DNA of 20,000 nucleotides from an uncultured virus (IMG/VR IMGVR_UViG_3300025732_000033) (taxonomy: Duplodnaviria; Heunggongvirae; Uroviricota; Caudoviricetes), in the IMG/VR virus record IMGVR_UViG_3300025732_000033, one strand, 5' to 3'. The notes under the pieces were generated by a model. It made no database searches and had not been told where the DNA came from. It worked only from the letters and a program-made list of their open reading frames with translations. A program made the translations under genes and the position numbers. Positions 1 through 8,270 of the stretch are shown here, piece after piece (position 1 is the first letter of the stretch; the number at the start of each line of letters is the position of its first letter).

Positions 1-2
1 AT

Positions 3-335
3 CCTGCTTTATCAGAAGAGCAGGCAATTAATTTTAATATTCGGCATTTCCGTAATTATCGGAAAAATAAGAATGGGGGTATAGAAGTAGATCCCTGTGG
101 TGGGTATACTGTATTGTCGGAGGAGGGTTCTGGTCAGATGTTTGTGGCCAAGTGTAATCCCAGAGATAAGTTTAATCGTAGAGAGGGTCTAAAACAGGCA
201 ATCAAGCATTATATGAATTGCCGTATTTTTAATCCATCTAGAGTTCAATTTATGTCCTCTTTTGATAATATTTCAAATGATGAGTTTGCGGCTGTTTATT
301 CTTATGGTCTCCCTATAAATCCAATAAACTTTTGA
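3..335 (+). CDS. Hypothetical phage protein, 5'-truncated by the window edge
   Basis: Frame is open from base 3 (PALSEEQAINFNIRHFRNY...GGYTVLSEEGSGQMFVAKCNPRDKFNRREGLKQA...), so the TTG at 114 is probably not the real start. Stop TGA 333-335 overlaps the next ATG (TGATG). Carries a C-x3-D-x-F-x4-G-x3-A motif of a type seen in small phage proteins. Confidence 0.65.
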   Translation, partial: PALSEEQAINFNIRHFRNYRKNKNGGIEVDPCGGYTVLSEEGSGQMFVAKCNPRDKFNRREGLKQAIKHYMNCRIFNPSRVQFMSSFDNISNDEFAAVYSYGLPINPINF

Positions 336-1384
336 TGAAAACTGTAGTCATAGGGGACTGCCACTTTTATAATGCTTATCCAAGTTTTGATTATTTGGAA
401 AAGCAGTTTGATACAATTAAGGAAATCCTCAAGAGAGAAACCCCTCATCGGGTTATCTTTCTTGGGGATATATTCCATTTTAGGAAGCCAGATCCCGAGA
501 CCATAGTTAGGGTAAGTGATTTCCTAAAAGATATTAGCTATGGATATCCTGGGTTAAGTGAGATTAATCTTATCCGAGGTAATCACGATACAGCCGCTAA
601 GTCCGATACAAATCCATTAACTATCCTAGACATCTTTGATTTATTTCATAAGGTTAGGGTATACTCTGGATCAATGTATCACGAGGAGGACTCAATAGGC
701 AAGTTGAGATATCATTTCATTTCTCATTATGACGATGAGAATATCATCTGTCAAAAGCTAAATGACATAACACCCCATAAAGATACTAAGCATTTTGTAT
801 TTGGACACTTTGGATTTAAAGGCTGTATCAATCCTAATGGTGACGAAGATTCACCACTGACCCTGGATGTATTCAAGCATACTACATTCCTAGGGCACAT
901 TCATAAGCCGCAAGATGAGGGTAACGTCCATGTAGTAGGAACTCCATATTCAACATCATTCTCCGAGGCTGATAATAAGCACCGATATGCAGTGATTGAC
1001 GAGGAGACTGGTGAATATCACTTCAAAGATATTACTTGGGGCTTAAGATATCTCCAGTTTGATTTAGGATCTTTGGAGGCCAACAAGGAGTTTATAGTAA
1101 ATACTGCATACACCACTGTCCTCCGTGTATACATTTCCCACCTACTAGACCAGAACTCCGTTGATCTTAGAAGAAAGATCATGGACGAATACAAGGTAGC
1201 ATATGTCGATATTAAATTCCTTCCAATGATGGAGGATGGGGAGAGTAGCAGTTATCGTCCCCGGAGCATGGTGTTTGAGATAAACGATGAGCTAATAAAC
1301 AATTATCTTAATGAGGCTAAGACCGAGATCCCCAAGGATCTATTATTACAAGGTCTAAAGACTCTGAGAGACCATGATACTTAA
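335..1384 (+). CDS. sbcD: Mre11/SbcD-like metallophosphoesterase nuclease (T4 gp47-like), 349 aa
   Basis: Calcineurin-like motifs in order: GDCH, LGDIFH, RGNHD, FGH, LGHIH, followed by GTPY. ATG 335 overlaps the upstream stop. Lies directly upstream of an SbcC/Rad50 ATPase. Confidence 0.92.
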   Translation: MKTVVIGDCHFYNAYPSFDYLEKQFDTIKEILKRETPHRVIFLGDIFHFRKPDPETIVRVSDFLKDISYGYPGLSEINLIRGNHDTAAKSDTNPLTILDIFDLFHKVRVYSGSMYHEEDSIGKLRYHFISHYDDENIICQKLNDITPHKDTKHFVFGHFGFKGCINPNGDEDSPLTLDVFKHTTFLGHIHKPQDEGNVHVVGTPYSTSFSEADNKHRYAVIDEETGEYHFKDITWGLRYLQFDLGSLEANKEFIVNTAYTTVLRVYISHLLDQNSVDLRRKIMDEYKVAYVDIKFLPMMEDGESSSYRPRSMVFEINDELINNYLNEAKTEIPKDLLLQGLKTLRDHDT

Positions 1385-2957
1385 ACACCTAAAAGTAAAG
1401 AACTTCTATAGCTTCAAAGAACTTGATCTAGATCTACTTCAATTCAAGAACATTGTTTACGTCAAAGGCGTGAACCGTGATAGTGGAGGAAGTAACGGGT
1501 CTGGCAAGAGTTCTATTCTTGAGATGATCGTATTCGGTCTCTTTGGTAAGACTATTCGTAAGTCTACCGAAGAAGCATTAATTAACTGCGACAACAAAAA
1601 AGCTCTCGTAGTAGAATTAGACGTAGCCAAGCTTGGGGTAGGTGAAGTTAAGATTATTAGAGGTAAGAGACCTAACATACTTAATTTCTATTTGGGCGGC
1701 CAAGACCTCACCCAGGACAATGCTCTCAAGACTCAAGAGAAGATAGAGGAGACCCTAGGACTGAGCTATAAGACATTTATAGCCTCAATAGTATTCGGCC
1801 AACACTCCGACCTTGAGTTCCTTTCTGCCACTGCTGATGATAAAAGAACTATCATCCGTAACTTCCTTAACCTAGAGGAAATCTTTACTTGGCGGGATAA
1901 GATTAAGGAGCTTAAGTCTGAATACAATGTTAATGCTAAGGTAGCCGAGACAATCATCCTAGAGTTAAAGTCCCAAGAAGATAAACTTAAACTTAAGATG
2001 CAAGACATCGAGCCCTTTGAGATGCCTGAGACTATTCAGGAAGTCTTAATAAGGGAAACCACTATTAATAGTTTGGCTCAAAGTATTAATAAGCTCAAGG
2101 ATGAGCATGACGACCTTAAAGTTAAGGAAGATGAACTGTCTGCACAAATTAAGTTAGGTGAGTATTCTATTAAAGATACTTGTAAAACTTGCAAGAAGGT
2201 TTATACCAAGAAGCAGACTAAAGCTAACTTAAGAGGATTGCAGAAGAGATTAAATTCTACCGTAGCTAAAGTTAATAAAATTGGTAACTCCCTTTATAAG
2301 TTAAGAGGGGAGCTTGCCAAATTAAAAACTAAGTTAACGCCTGTCCAATGGTATGAACTTAAGAAGAAGGAAGATTTATTTTTATCGCAAAAAAAGATAA
2401 AGGATGAATATAATGAGATCCTTGCCCGCAGACAAGAGCAGGAATTAAAAAAGAATAACCTAGAACTTAATTATGAGATAATGCGATTCTGGGAAAAAGC
2501 ATTCTCAGAACAGGGTTTAATTAAATATTTTATAAGAAATATTCTAGATTATCTCAATTTTAAGACAAATGAATACCTATCCCTGCTAACTAATAATCAG
2601 TTCGTCATTACTTTCAATGAAGAGTTGGAAGAGATTATTACTAATAACGGTAGGAAACTCTCTTACATATCTTTAAGTGGTGGCGAGAAGAGGAAAATAA
2701 ATTTATCTGTCATGTTGGCACTCCAATCACTTCTAAGCCATACGTCTAAAGAGCAATCAAACATTATATTCTTTGATGAGATTGCTGAGAATATGGATGA
2801 AGATGGGTGCGTTGGAGTATTAAATTTATTAAAGAGTTTAAAAGAGGAAGATAAGACTATCTTCTTAATTACACATAATGCCCATCTTAAGAGTTTATTA
2901 GATGGGTGTCAGATTTTAAAAGTAGAAAAGAAAAACGGTGAATCGAGGATTATATGA
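1374..2957 (+). CDS. sbcC: Rad50/SbcC-like SMC ATPase (T4 gp46-like), 527 aa
   Basis: N-terminal KNFYSF, Walker A GSNGSGKS, Q-loop FGQ, coiled coil with zinc-hook CKTC, signature LSGGEK, Walker B IFFDE, D-loop ENMD, H-loop ITH. The short coiled coil is typical of phage gp46 rather than cellular SbcC. Confidence 0.93.
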   Translation: MILKHLKVKNFYSFKELDLDLLQFKNIVYVKGVNRDSGGSNGSGKSSILEMIVFGLFGKTIRKSTEEALINCDNKKALVVELDVAKLGVGEVKIIRGKRPNILNFYLGGQDLTQDNALKTQEKIEETLGLSYKTFIASIVFGQHSDLEFLSATADDKRTIIRNFLNLEEIFTWRDKIKELKSEYNVNAKVAETIILELKSQEDKLKLKMQDIEPFEMPETIQEVLIRETTINSLAQSINKLKDEHDDLKVKEDELSAQIKLGEYSIKDTCKTCKKVYTKKQTKANLRGLQKRLNSTVAKVNKIGNSLYKLRGELAKLKTKLTPVQWYELKKKEDLFLSQKKIKDEYNEILARRQEQELKKNNLELNYEIMRFWEKAFSEQGLIKYFIRNILDYLNFKTNEYLSLLTNNQFVITFNEELEEIITNNGRKLSYISLSGGEKRKINLSVMLALQSLLSHTSKEQSNIIFFDEIAENMDEDGCVGVLNLLKSLKEEDKTIFLITHNAHLKSLLDGCQILKVEKKNGESRII

Positions 2958-4858
2958 AAGTAAAGCAACTTAATGAGTTAGGCCAAAAGATTTTTGAGCA
3001 ACGTTATGCTTATCCTGGCGAGACTAAGTATTCAGATAGATGCCGAGCCATGGCAAAGCATATATCGTCCGCAGAGAAGGATGAAGAGAAAGAATTCTAT
3101 GAGCGTAGATTCTTTGAGACGCTAGCCGCTGGTGACTTTGTTCCAGGCGGAAGAATTATATTCGGTTCTGGACGTTCACGGCAGAACATGTTAAACTGCT
3201 ACGTCCTTGAACCCGAGGATAACGTCGATAGCATCGGCAAGGTCATCGCAGACATGTATAAGATTTCATGTGCTGGCGGTGGTATCGGATTTAACTTTAG
3301 CAAGATCCGCCCTCGTGGTGACGATATCCAGAATATCAAGAACTCCGCCCCTGGTGCTGTATCCGTTATGAGAATGATTAACGAGATTGGTAACCACGTA
3401 AGAGCCGGTAAGAATCGTAGAACCGCTCTCATGGCGGAACTCAATGTCACCCACCCAGACATTATGGAGTTCCTCAAGGTTAAGCTAGACCTTGGCGAGC
3501 TAACCAACTTCAATATTTCAGTAGCGATTACTGATAGATTTATTCAGGCTTGTGAGAATGATGAAGATTGGTATTTCACGTTCAACAACCGTAAGTATTA
3601 CACTTACGAGATGACTCGTGTATCACCAACGGGGGAACGTGAGCAAGTTACTACCGTAGCTCTAGATCCACAGGATGCTGTAGAGAGAGTTAAGCTTCAT
3701 CAGCTTAAGCACTTCAACGATATGTTTGAGGATGTTAAAGAAATGAAGTTCAAGGCTCTTGATCTATGGAACAAGATTTGGGAGAACTCAGTTAAGTCTG
3801 GCGATCCAGGTATCTTCAATATTGATCTAGCCAACAACTACACTAACGTTTCATACTTTGAACGTATGAACGCTACGAATCCATGTGGTGAAATTACTCT
3901 ACCGCCATATGGAAACTGCTGCCTAGGCAACATCAATCTTGCCAATATGGTAGATGATAGTGGTGAGTTCGATTGGAAGAAGCTAGCTAATACTGTAAGA
4001 CTCGGTATCCGATTCTTGGATAACGTCCTAACGGTAAACCACTATCCAATTCCAGAGTGTGATGAAGTTGGACAGAGATCACGCCGAGTTGGTCTTGGTG
4101 TTCTAGGTATGCACTACATGTTCATCAAGTTAGGAATTAAGTATGGTTCCGAGAAGTGCTTGGAGTTCCTTGATAGACTATTTGCAACGATTCGTGATGA
4201 GGCTTACAAGACTTCAGTATATCTAGCTCGTGATAAGGCTCCATTCCCTGCATTCAACGCCAAGCTCTACCTGCAAGAGAGTTTTGCTAGAACGCTACCA
4301 GCTAGAATCAGAATGATGATTCGTGAGCATGGTATTCGTAATGCAGTTATGTTAACAGTTCCACCAACTGGAACCATTTCAATGGTTCATGGAGTTTCAA
4401 GTGGAATCGAACCAATCTTCGCTGCTATGTATATGCGTAGATACCGTGTAGCTAACACTTGGGCAGAACAAGTTGTATTGGACCCACTCTTCAAGGAATA
4501 TTTGGAGCAAGGAAAAGACCTAGGTTTATTCGTCGGAGCCTATGATGTAACTCCCGAAGAGCATATGAAGGTTCAAGCCACGATCCAGCGTTATATTGAT
4601 AACGCGATCAGCAAGACGATCAATCTGCCAAATACTGCTCAATGGGAAGAGATCTCTAAGGTTGCATTGCAGTATGCCCCATATCTAAAGGGTCTCACGG
4701 TTTATCGTGCTGGCTCTAAGGGAATGGAACCACTTCAAGCTATTCCCCTTACTGAGGAGAATATTGAGAAGTATGCAAAGCCAGTTATCAAGACTGTTGC
4801 TACTGAGGCTGCATCAGCGGAAGTATGCAGAATTGGTGATAATAGTTGCGGGAGCTAA
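2954..4858 (+). CDS. nrdJ: Class II (adenosylcobalamin-dependent) ribonucleotide reductase, 634 aa
   Basis: PGGRI, NCYV, GGGIGFNFSKIRP, finger loop NPCGE, CCLGNINL, RRVGLG, PPTGTIS, SGIEP, ISKTINLP. KGLTVYR is present rather than the class I YY pair. C-terminal cysteine pair (CRIGDNSC), no ATP cone, no adjacent nrdB. SD-like GAGGA at 2945-2949 and ATGA overlap with the upstream gene. Confidence 0.88.
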   Translation: MKVKQLNELGQKIFEQRYAYPGETKYSDRCRAMAKHISSAEKDEEKEFYERRFFETLAAGDFVPGGRIIFGSGRSRQNMLNCYVLEPEDNVDSIGKVIADMYKISCAGGGIGFNFSKIRPRGDDIQNIKNSAPGAVSVMRMINEIGNHVRAGKNRRTALMAELNVTHPDIMEFLKVKLDLGELTNFNISVAITDRFIQACENDEDWYFTFNNRKYYTYEMTRVSPTGEREQVTTVALDPQDAVERVKLHQLKHFNDMFEDVKEMKFKALDLWNKIWENSVKSGDPGIFNIDLANNYTNVSYFERMNATNPCGEITLPPYGNCCLGNINLANMVDDSGEFDWKKLANTVRLGIRFLDNVLTVNHYPIPECDEVGQRSRRVGLGVLGMHYMFIKLGIKYGSEKCLEFLDRLFATIRDEAYKTSVYLARDKAPFPAFNAKLYLQESFARTLPARIRMMIREHGIRNAVMLTVPPTGTISMVHGVSSGIEPIFAAMYMRRYRVANTWAEQVVLDPLFKEYLEQGKDLGLFVGAYDVTPEEHMKVQATIQRYIDNAISKTINLPNTAQWEEISKVALQYAPYLKGLTVYRAGSKGMEPLQAIPLTEENIEKYAKPVIKTVATEAASAEVCRIGDNSCGS

Positions 4859-4859
4859 G

Positions 4860-5333
4860 ATGAAGAGATATAGTAATAAAGCTAAAAAGTTCTTCTTCCT
4901 ATGGTGTGAACAATGCCAGGAGGAGATGATGGTGAGATCAGTTTTACAGCCGAACCGCAGAAAACACTCCTGCGGTTCCTGGGCTAAACCTAGATATACC
5001 GGAGTAGGTGATATATATAAATCAGATGATAAGATAGCTAGAAAAGTATATCGTTATGGTGTTGATGGTATGAATAAAGATCAAGCAGAGAAATTTTATC
5101 AAACATCTATTCAAGGATCAAAAGACAGAATCAGTGGTGTCGGTGGGGCAGCGCATTATACGCCAATGGTTCCCGATATGGATTTTATGGTTAAGCATGG
5201 AATAGCAAAACCAATTTCAAGTGATAAAGCAGAGCAAAAGAAAAAAATACAGAAAGATTTAGTAAATAGCACTGGTGGAAACTCAAAGAAATTTAATTCA
5301 AGAAGATCAAACTCTAGCCAAACTATAAAATGA
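4860..5333 (+). CDS. Hypothetical protein with N-terminal zinc-ribbon (CxxC...HxC, FmdB-like), 157 aa
   Basis: ATG 4860 is 1 nt after the nrdJ stop, with GGAG at 4851-4854. Contains WCEQC...KHSCGS and a basic C-terminus. Stop overlaps the helicase start (ATGA). Confidence 0.7.
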   Translation: MKRYSNKAKKFFFLWCEQCQEEMMVRSVLQPNRRKHSCGSWAKPRYTGVGDIYKSDDKIARKVYRYGVDGMNKDQAEKFYQTSIQGSKDRISGVGGAAHYTPMVPDMDFMVKHGIAKPISSDKAEQKKKIQKDLVNSTGGNSKKFNSRRSNSSQTIK

Positions 5334-6649
5334 CTTACTCTTTTTCAGATAATATTCAGCGTGGTATTCTTTACCTTGTTAAGCACGATAAGGACTTCTA
5401 CTCTCAGATTTCAAGTCTGATAAAGTCTGAATATTTTGAGTTCCCATCTTATGCATTTATCTTTGATCGCGTAAAAGCGCATTATGATAAGTATAAGGTA
5501 ATACCACCTGATGAGATTCTTCTTGAAGATATTAAGAAGAATCTCCCCAAGGGGCAACTTCTCTCTGAGTATGAAGATGATATTGAACAGATCAATAACA
5601 TTGACTCATCAGTAAATGAGAATAGAGAATTTGTTCTGGATCTTATAGAGGACTTTGCACGTAAGCAGGCAATCTCCCAAGCGATCAAGGAGAGTGTGGT
5701 TCTACTTAAGGAGAATCGCATTTCCGAGATCGAAGAGAAGGTCCGCGAAGCGATGCTAGTCTCCCGTGAAGTTAACGTTGGACAGCTATACTTTCAGGAT
5801 GTGGATAATAGATTTCATCGTTTGTTTGATGACAAGCAAAAGAAGAAGTATAAGACTGTATTTAACACGTTTAATAACTTCTTGGATGGTGGACTGAACT
5901 CTAAGGAGCTTGCAATAGTTATTGCACCTCCAGGTGTTGGTAAGTCACTATACCTTGTCAACCAGGGTGCTGTGGCTCTTAAGGAGAATAAGAAAGTCCT
6001 GTATATCTCTTTGGAGATGGCTGAAGATAAAATTGCACAGAGATTCGACTCCATTCTTACTTTGGTTCCAAACCATAAGCTCAAGGATAAGGCAACTTAC
6101 CCACTACTAAAGGAGAGACTCTCTCAAGTTCAGAAGAGATTTGATGGTGCTCAACTTATCATCAAGGAGTTCCCAGTAGGGCAGCTTAACGTAAATCAGA
6201 TCCGAGCCTTATTAGTTCAACTAAAGCTACATCATGATTTCGTTCCTGAGATTTTAATTGTAGATTACCTTGAGCTTCTACGCCCAAACCGTCAGATTGA
6301 TGCTGAATACATGGCGCAGGAAAGAATTGCACAAGAGCTACGTGGATTAGCTATGGAACACAATCTGCTAGTTTGGACTGCTACCCAGACCAATAGAAGT
6401 GGTAAGAAGGTAGCCACAATTACTGATGCAGAATTAGGTGATTCCTACGGTAAGATTCGCCCTGCCGACTGGGCAATCTCTTTAAATCAAACCGAGGAAG
6501 AATATGAGAAAGGTCGCATGAGAGTTTATGTAGTTAAGGCTAGAGATGCTAAACAGCATTATAGAATTAATGCTTCAGTGAACTATACAAACTTAACCAT
6601 GGAAGAAATTTCTGAGGCTGACCTAGCGAGGCAGGACGCCTCGGGGTAA
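5330..6649 (+). CDS. dnaB: Replicative SF4 helicase (DnaB / T4 gp41-like), 439 aa
   Basis: Walker A APPGVGKS, H1a ISLEM, Walker B IVDYL, H4 ATQTNR, and the VKAR arginine-finger region. Confidence 0.92.
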   Translation: MTYSFSDNIQRGILYLVKHDKDFYSQISSLIKSEYFEFPSYAFIFDRVKAHYDKYKVIPPDEILLEDIKKNLPKGQLLSEYEDDIEQINNIDSSVNENREFVLDLIEDFARKQAISQAIKESVVLLKENRISEIEEKVREAMLVSREVNVGQLYFQDVDNRFHRLFDDKQKKKYKTVFNTFNNFLDGGLNSKELAIVIAPPGVGKSLYLVNQGAVALKENKKVLYISLEMAEDKIAQRFDSILTLVPNHKLKDKATYPLLKERLSQVQKRFDGAQLIIKEFPVGQLNVNQIRALLVQLKLHHDFVPEILIVDYLELLRPNRQIDAEYMAQERIAQELRGLAMEHNLLVWTATQTNRSGKKVATITDAELGDSYGKIRPADWAISLNQTEEEYEKGRMRVYVVKARDAKQHYRINASVNYTNLTMEEISEADLARQDASG

Positions 6650-6666
6650 AATTTTAAATTATGTTC

Positions 6667-6701
6667 TTGAATTCTATTGCCAATATGCTATTATATAGCC
6701 A
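6667..6701 (+). promoter_or_regulatory. Putative sigma70-type promoter with extended -10, probably giving a leaderless mRNA
   Basis: TTGAAT (6667-6672), 16-nt spacer, TG-c-TATTAT (TG 6686-6687, -10 at 6689-6694), then 6 nt to ATG 6701. AT-rich tract upstream and no SD. Sits in one of the few intergenic gaps. Confidence 0.55.
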
Positions 6702-6991
6702 TGGATGATATAAGAAATTTTAGAGCTAACCAAGCTGATGATACACCTACTAAATTTTCTGTATACCGATCCGGGTCTTGGTCTTTTGCTAGTTTAACTA
6801 GCATAAACTTTACTAAGATTACTAATGATTTAGAGTATTCTAGACTTGAGTATAGATTTGGTATAGTTTATTCTAGAGAAATAGATCCTCGGAATGTATT
6901 TATGGAAGGTGGCGTAGGGGATTATCTACTGAGGGACTCGGACGGTAATCTTAGTATAGTTAAAAAAGATGATTTTGCTAAAAAATACTAA
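6701..6991 (+). CDS. Small hypothetical protein with a PGDYG-like C-terminal motif, 96 aa
   Basis: ATG 6701 preferred over TTG 6677, which falls inside the promoter. C-terminus GGVGDYLLRDSDGNLSIVKKDDFAKKY fits a G-x2-GDY-x5-6-G-x8-F-x3-Y pattern common in small phage proteins. TAATG overlap with the next gene. Confidence 0.65.
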   Translation: MDDIRNFRANQADDTPTKFSVYRSGSWSFASLTSINFTKITNDLEYSRLEYRFGIVYSREIDPRNVFMEGGVGDYLLRDSDGNLSIVKKDDFAKKY

Positions 6992-7434
6992 TGTATTATC
7001 TACCAAAAGAACAAGTTAGGGATTTAGATATTGATAAGTATCTAGAAATCCATAATAAGCTGGCAAGTATCGACAAGGATGCTCTGCCCGCTGAATTAGC
7101 TAGACATACCACGGTCTACTCCTACTATCATGGGCTTCTCATTTGGCAGAAGCGTAAAGTAGACCTTATGGTTAATCATAACCAAGCTATGTATTCTCTG
7201 ACCAAGAATAATGAGCTACTGAACAATAAGAGTAAGGGTGCTAAAGCAACTGCATCCTACTTGGAAGATTACGTTCAGTCTAATGAAGAATACATCAAAC
7301 TTAAATCAGACCTCATTTACCAAGAAGAAATTTACGGATATTTAAAGGCCATTTGCTCTATGTTGGAGCATAAGAAAGATATGCTTATTCAACTTAGTGC
7401 GAATTTACGATCAGAAACAAAACTTTACAACTAA
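6991..7434 (+). CDS. uvsY: UvsY-like recombination mediator protein, 147 aa
   Basis: All-helical, size close to T4 UvsY, with YSYY...EDYVQSNEEY...YLKAICSMLEHKKDML pattern. Located immediately upstream of a gp32-like SSB. Confidence 0.65.
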   Translation: MYYLPKEQVRDLDIDKYLEIHNKLASIDKDALPAELARHTTVYSYYHGLLIWQKRKVDLMVNHNQAMYSLTKNNELLNNKSKGAKATASYLEDYVQSNEEYIKLKSDLIYQEEIYGYLKAICSMLEHKKDMLIQLSANLRSETKLYN

Positions 7435-7451
7435 TAAAAAAGAGAAAAATT

Positions 7452-8270
7452 ATGAACTTAAATGAATTACGCAAGAAACATGAAGAACTCCTGAAGGGGA
7501 AGACCGCTGGTAGCGGTGGCGAGGGTGGCGAGAAGTATCTTAAGATAGAGGCAGGAAAGAATACTATTCGTATCCTCCCCTGGAAGGACGATAGTAAGCC
7601 TTTTTATTCCGAGGCTGTTATCCATCGCTACACCAATGAAGAAGGTCTAATAAAGAACTTTTATTGCCGCAAGACTCAAAATGAATCATGCCCAGTATGT
7701 GATTTCTACTTTGAGCTTTGGAAGATGCACAAGGAGCTTGGCTTGGCTCCAAAGACCAAGAGCAAGTTTGGTGATCTCGCCACGAAGATTAAGGGAACCC
7801 CACGCTACTACATGAATGTCGTGGATCGTCGTCATATGGAAACCAAGTCTGATGATCCAGCAAGTGCTGTTAAGGTTCTTTCTACGGGACAAAAGGTCTT
7901 TAAGAAGATTCTTGATGGACTGTTTAATACAGAAATGATGGATGAATCTGACCCAGAGAATACGAACGTCATCTCACTTAAGAAGGGTAATGACTTCGTT
8001 CTTGAGCTTGGAAAGAGTGGTGATTTTAATAATTATGATCAGTCTACTTTCCGTATCAAGAAGACTCCTGCTGGATCTGATCGGGAAATTAAGATTTGGA
8101 TGGATGTTCTGCACGATATTCACGCGGATATCAAAATTGGAGAATATGATGAGGGTAAGAAATTAGTAGAGTATTTGAGAGTATCTCTAGATACTACTAG
8201 TGCTGCACCATCATCTCCTAAGGATGACGATATGGGAGAAAAGAAATTTAAGAAGGAGGTTCAAGTATGA
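7452..8270 (+). CDS. Single-stranded DNA-binding protein, T4 gp32-like, 272 aa
   Basis: NTIRILP strand, zinc ligands H...C-x7-CPVC, RYYMNV, GNDFVL and NYDQSTF, matching the gp32-type OB-fold layout. Follows a UvsY-like gene. Confidence 0.82.
   Translation: MNLNELRKKHEELLKGKTAGSGGEGGEKYLKIEAGKNTIRILPWKDDSKPFYSEAVIHRYTNEEGLIKNFYCRKTQNESCPVCDFYFELWKMHKELGLAPKTKSKFGDLATKIKGTPRYYMNVVDRRHMETKSDDPASAVKVLSTGQKVFKKILDGLFNTEMMDESDPENTNVISLKKGNDFVLELGKSGDFNNYDQSTFRIKKTPAGSDREIKIWMDVLHDIHADIKIGEYDEGKKLVEYLRVSLDTTSAAPSSPKDDDMGEKKFKKEVQV

Noticed and set aside
314..321. TATAAATC near-match to the T4 late promoter upstream of gp47 (also ATAAATA at 10877-10883)
   Set aside because: These are imperfect matches in AT-rich sequence. 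The first precedes replication genes not expected to be late, and the second runs into the start codon.
4707..4859. 51-codon N-terminal extension of the zinc-ribbon ORF overlapping nrdJ
   Set aside because: It overlaps the conserved NrdJ C-terminus. ATG 4860 with upstream GGAG right after the nrdJ stop is the more plausible start.
2954..6649. Inteins, introns or homing endonucleases in nrdJ or the helicase
   Set aside because: Both ORFs are continuous and of normal length, with no C...HN intein ends and no LAGLIDADG, HNH or GIY-YIG motifs seen.
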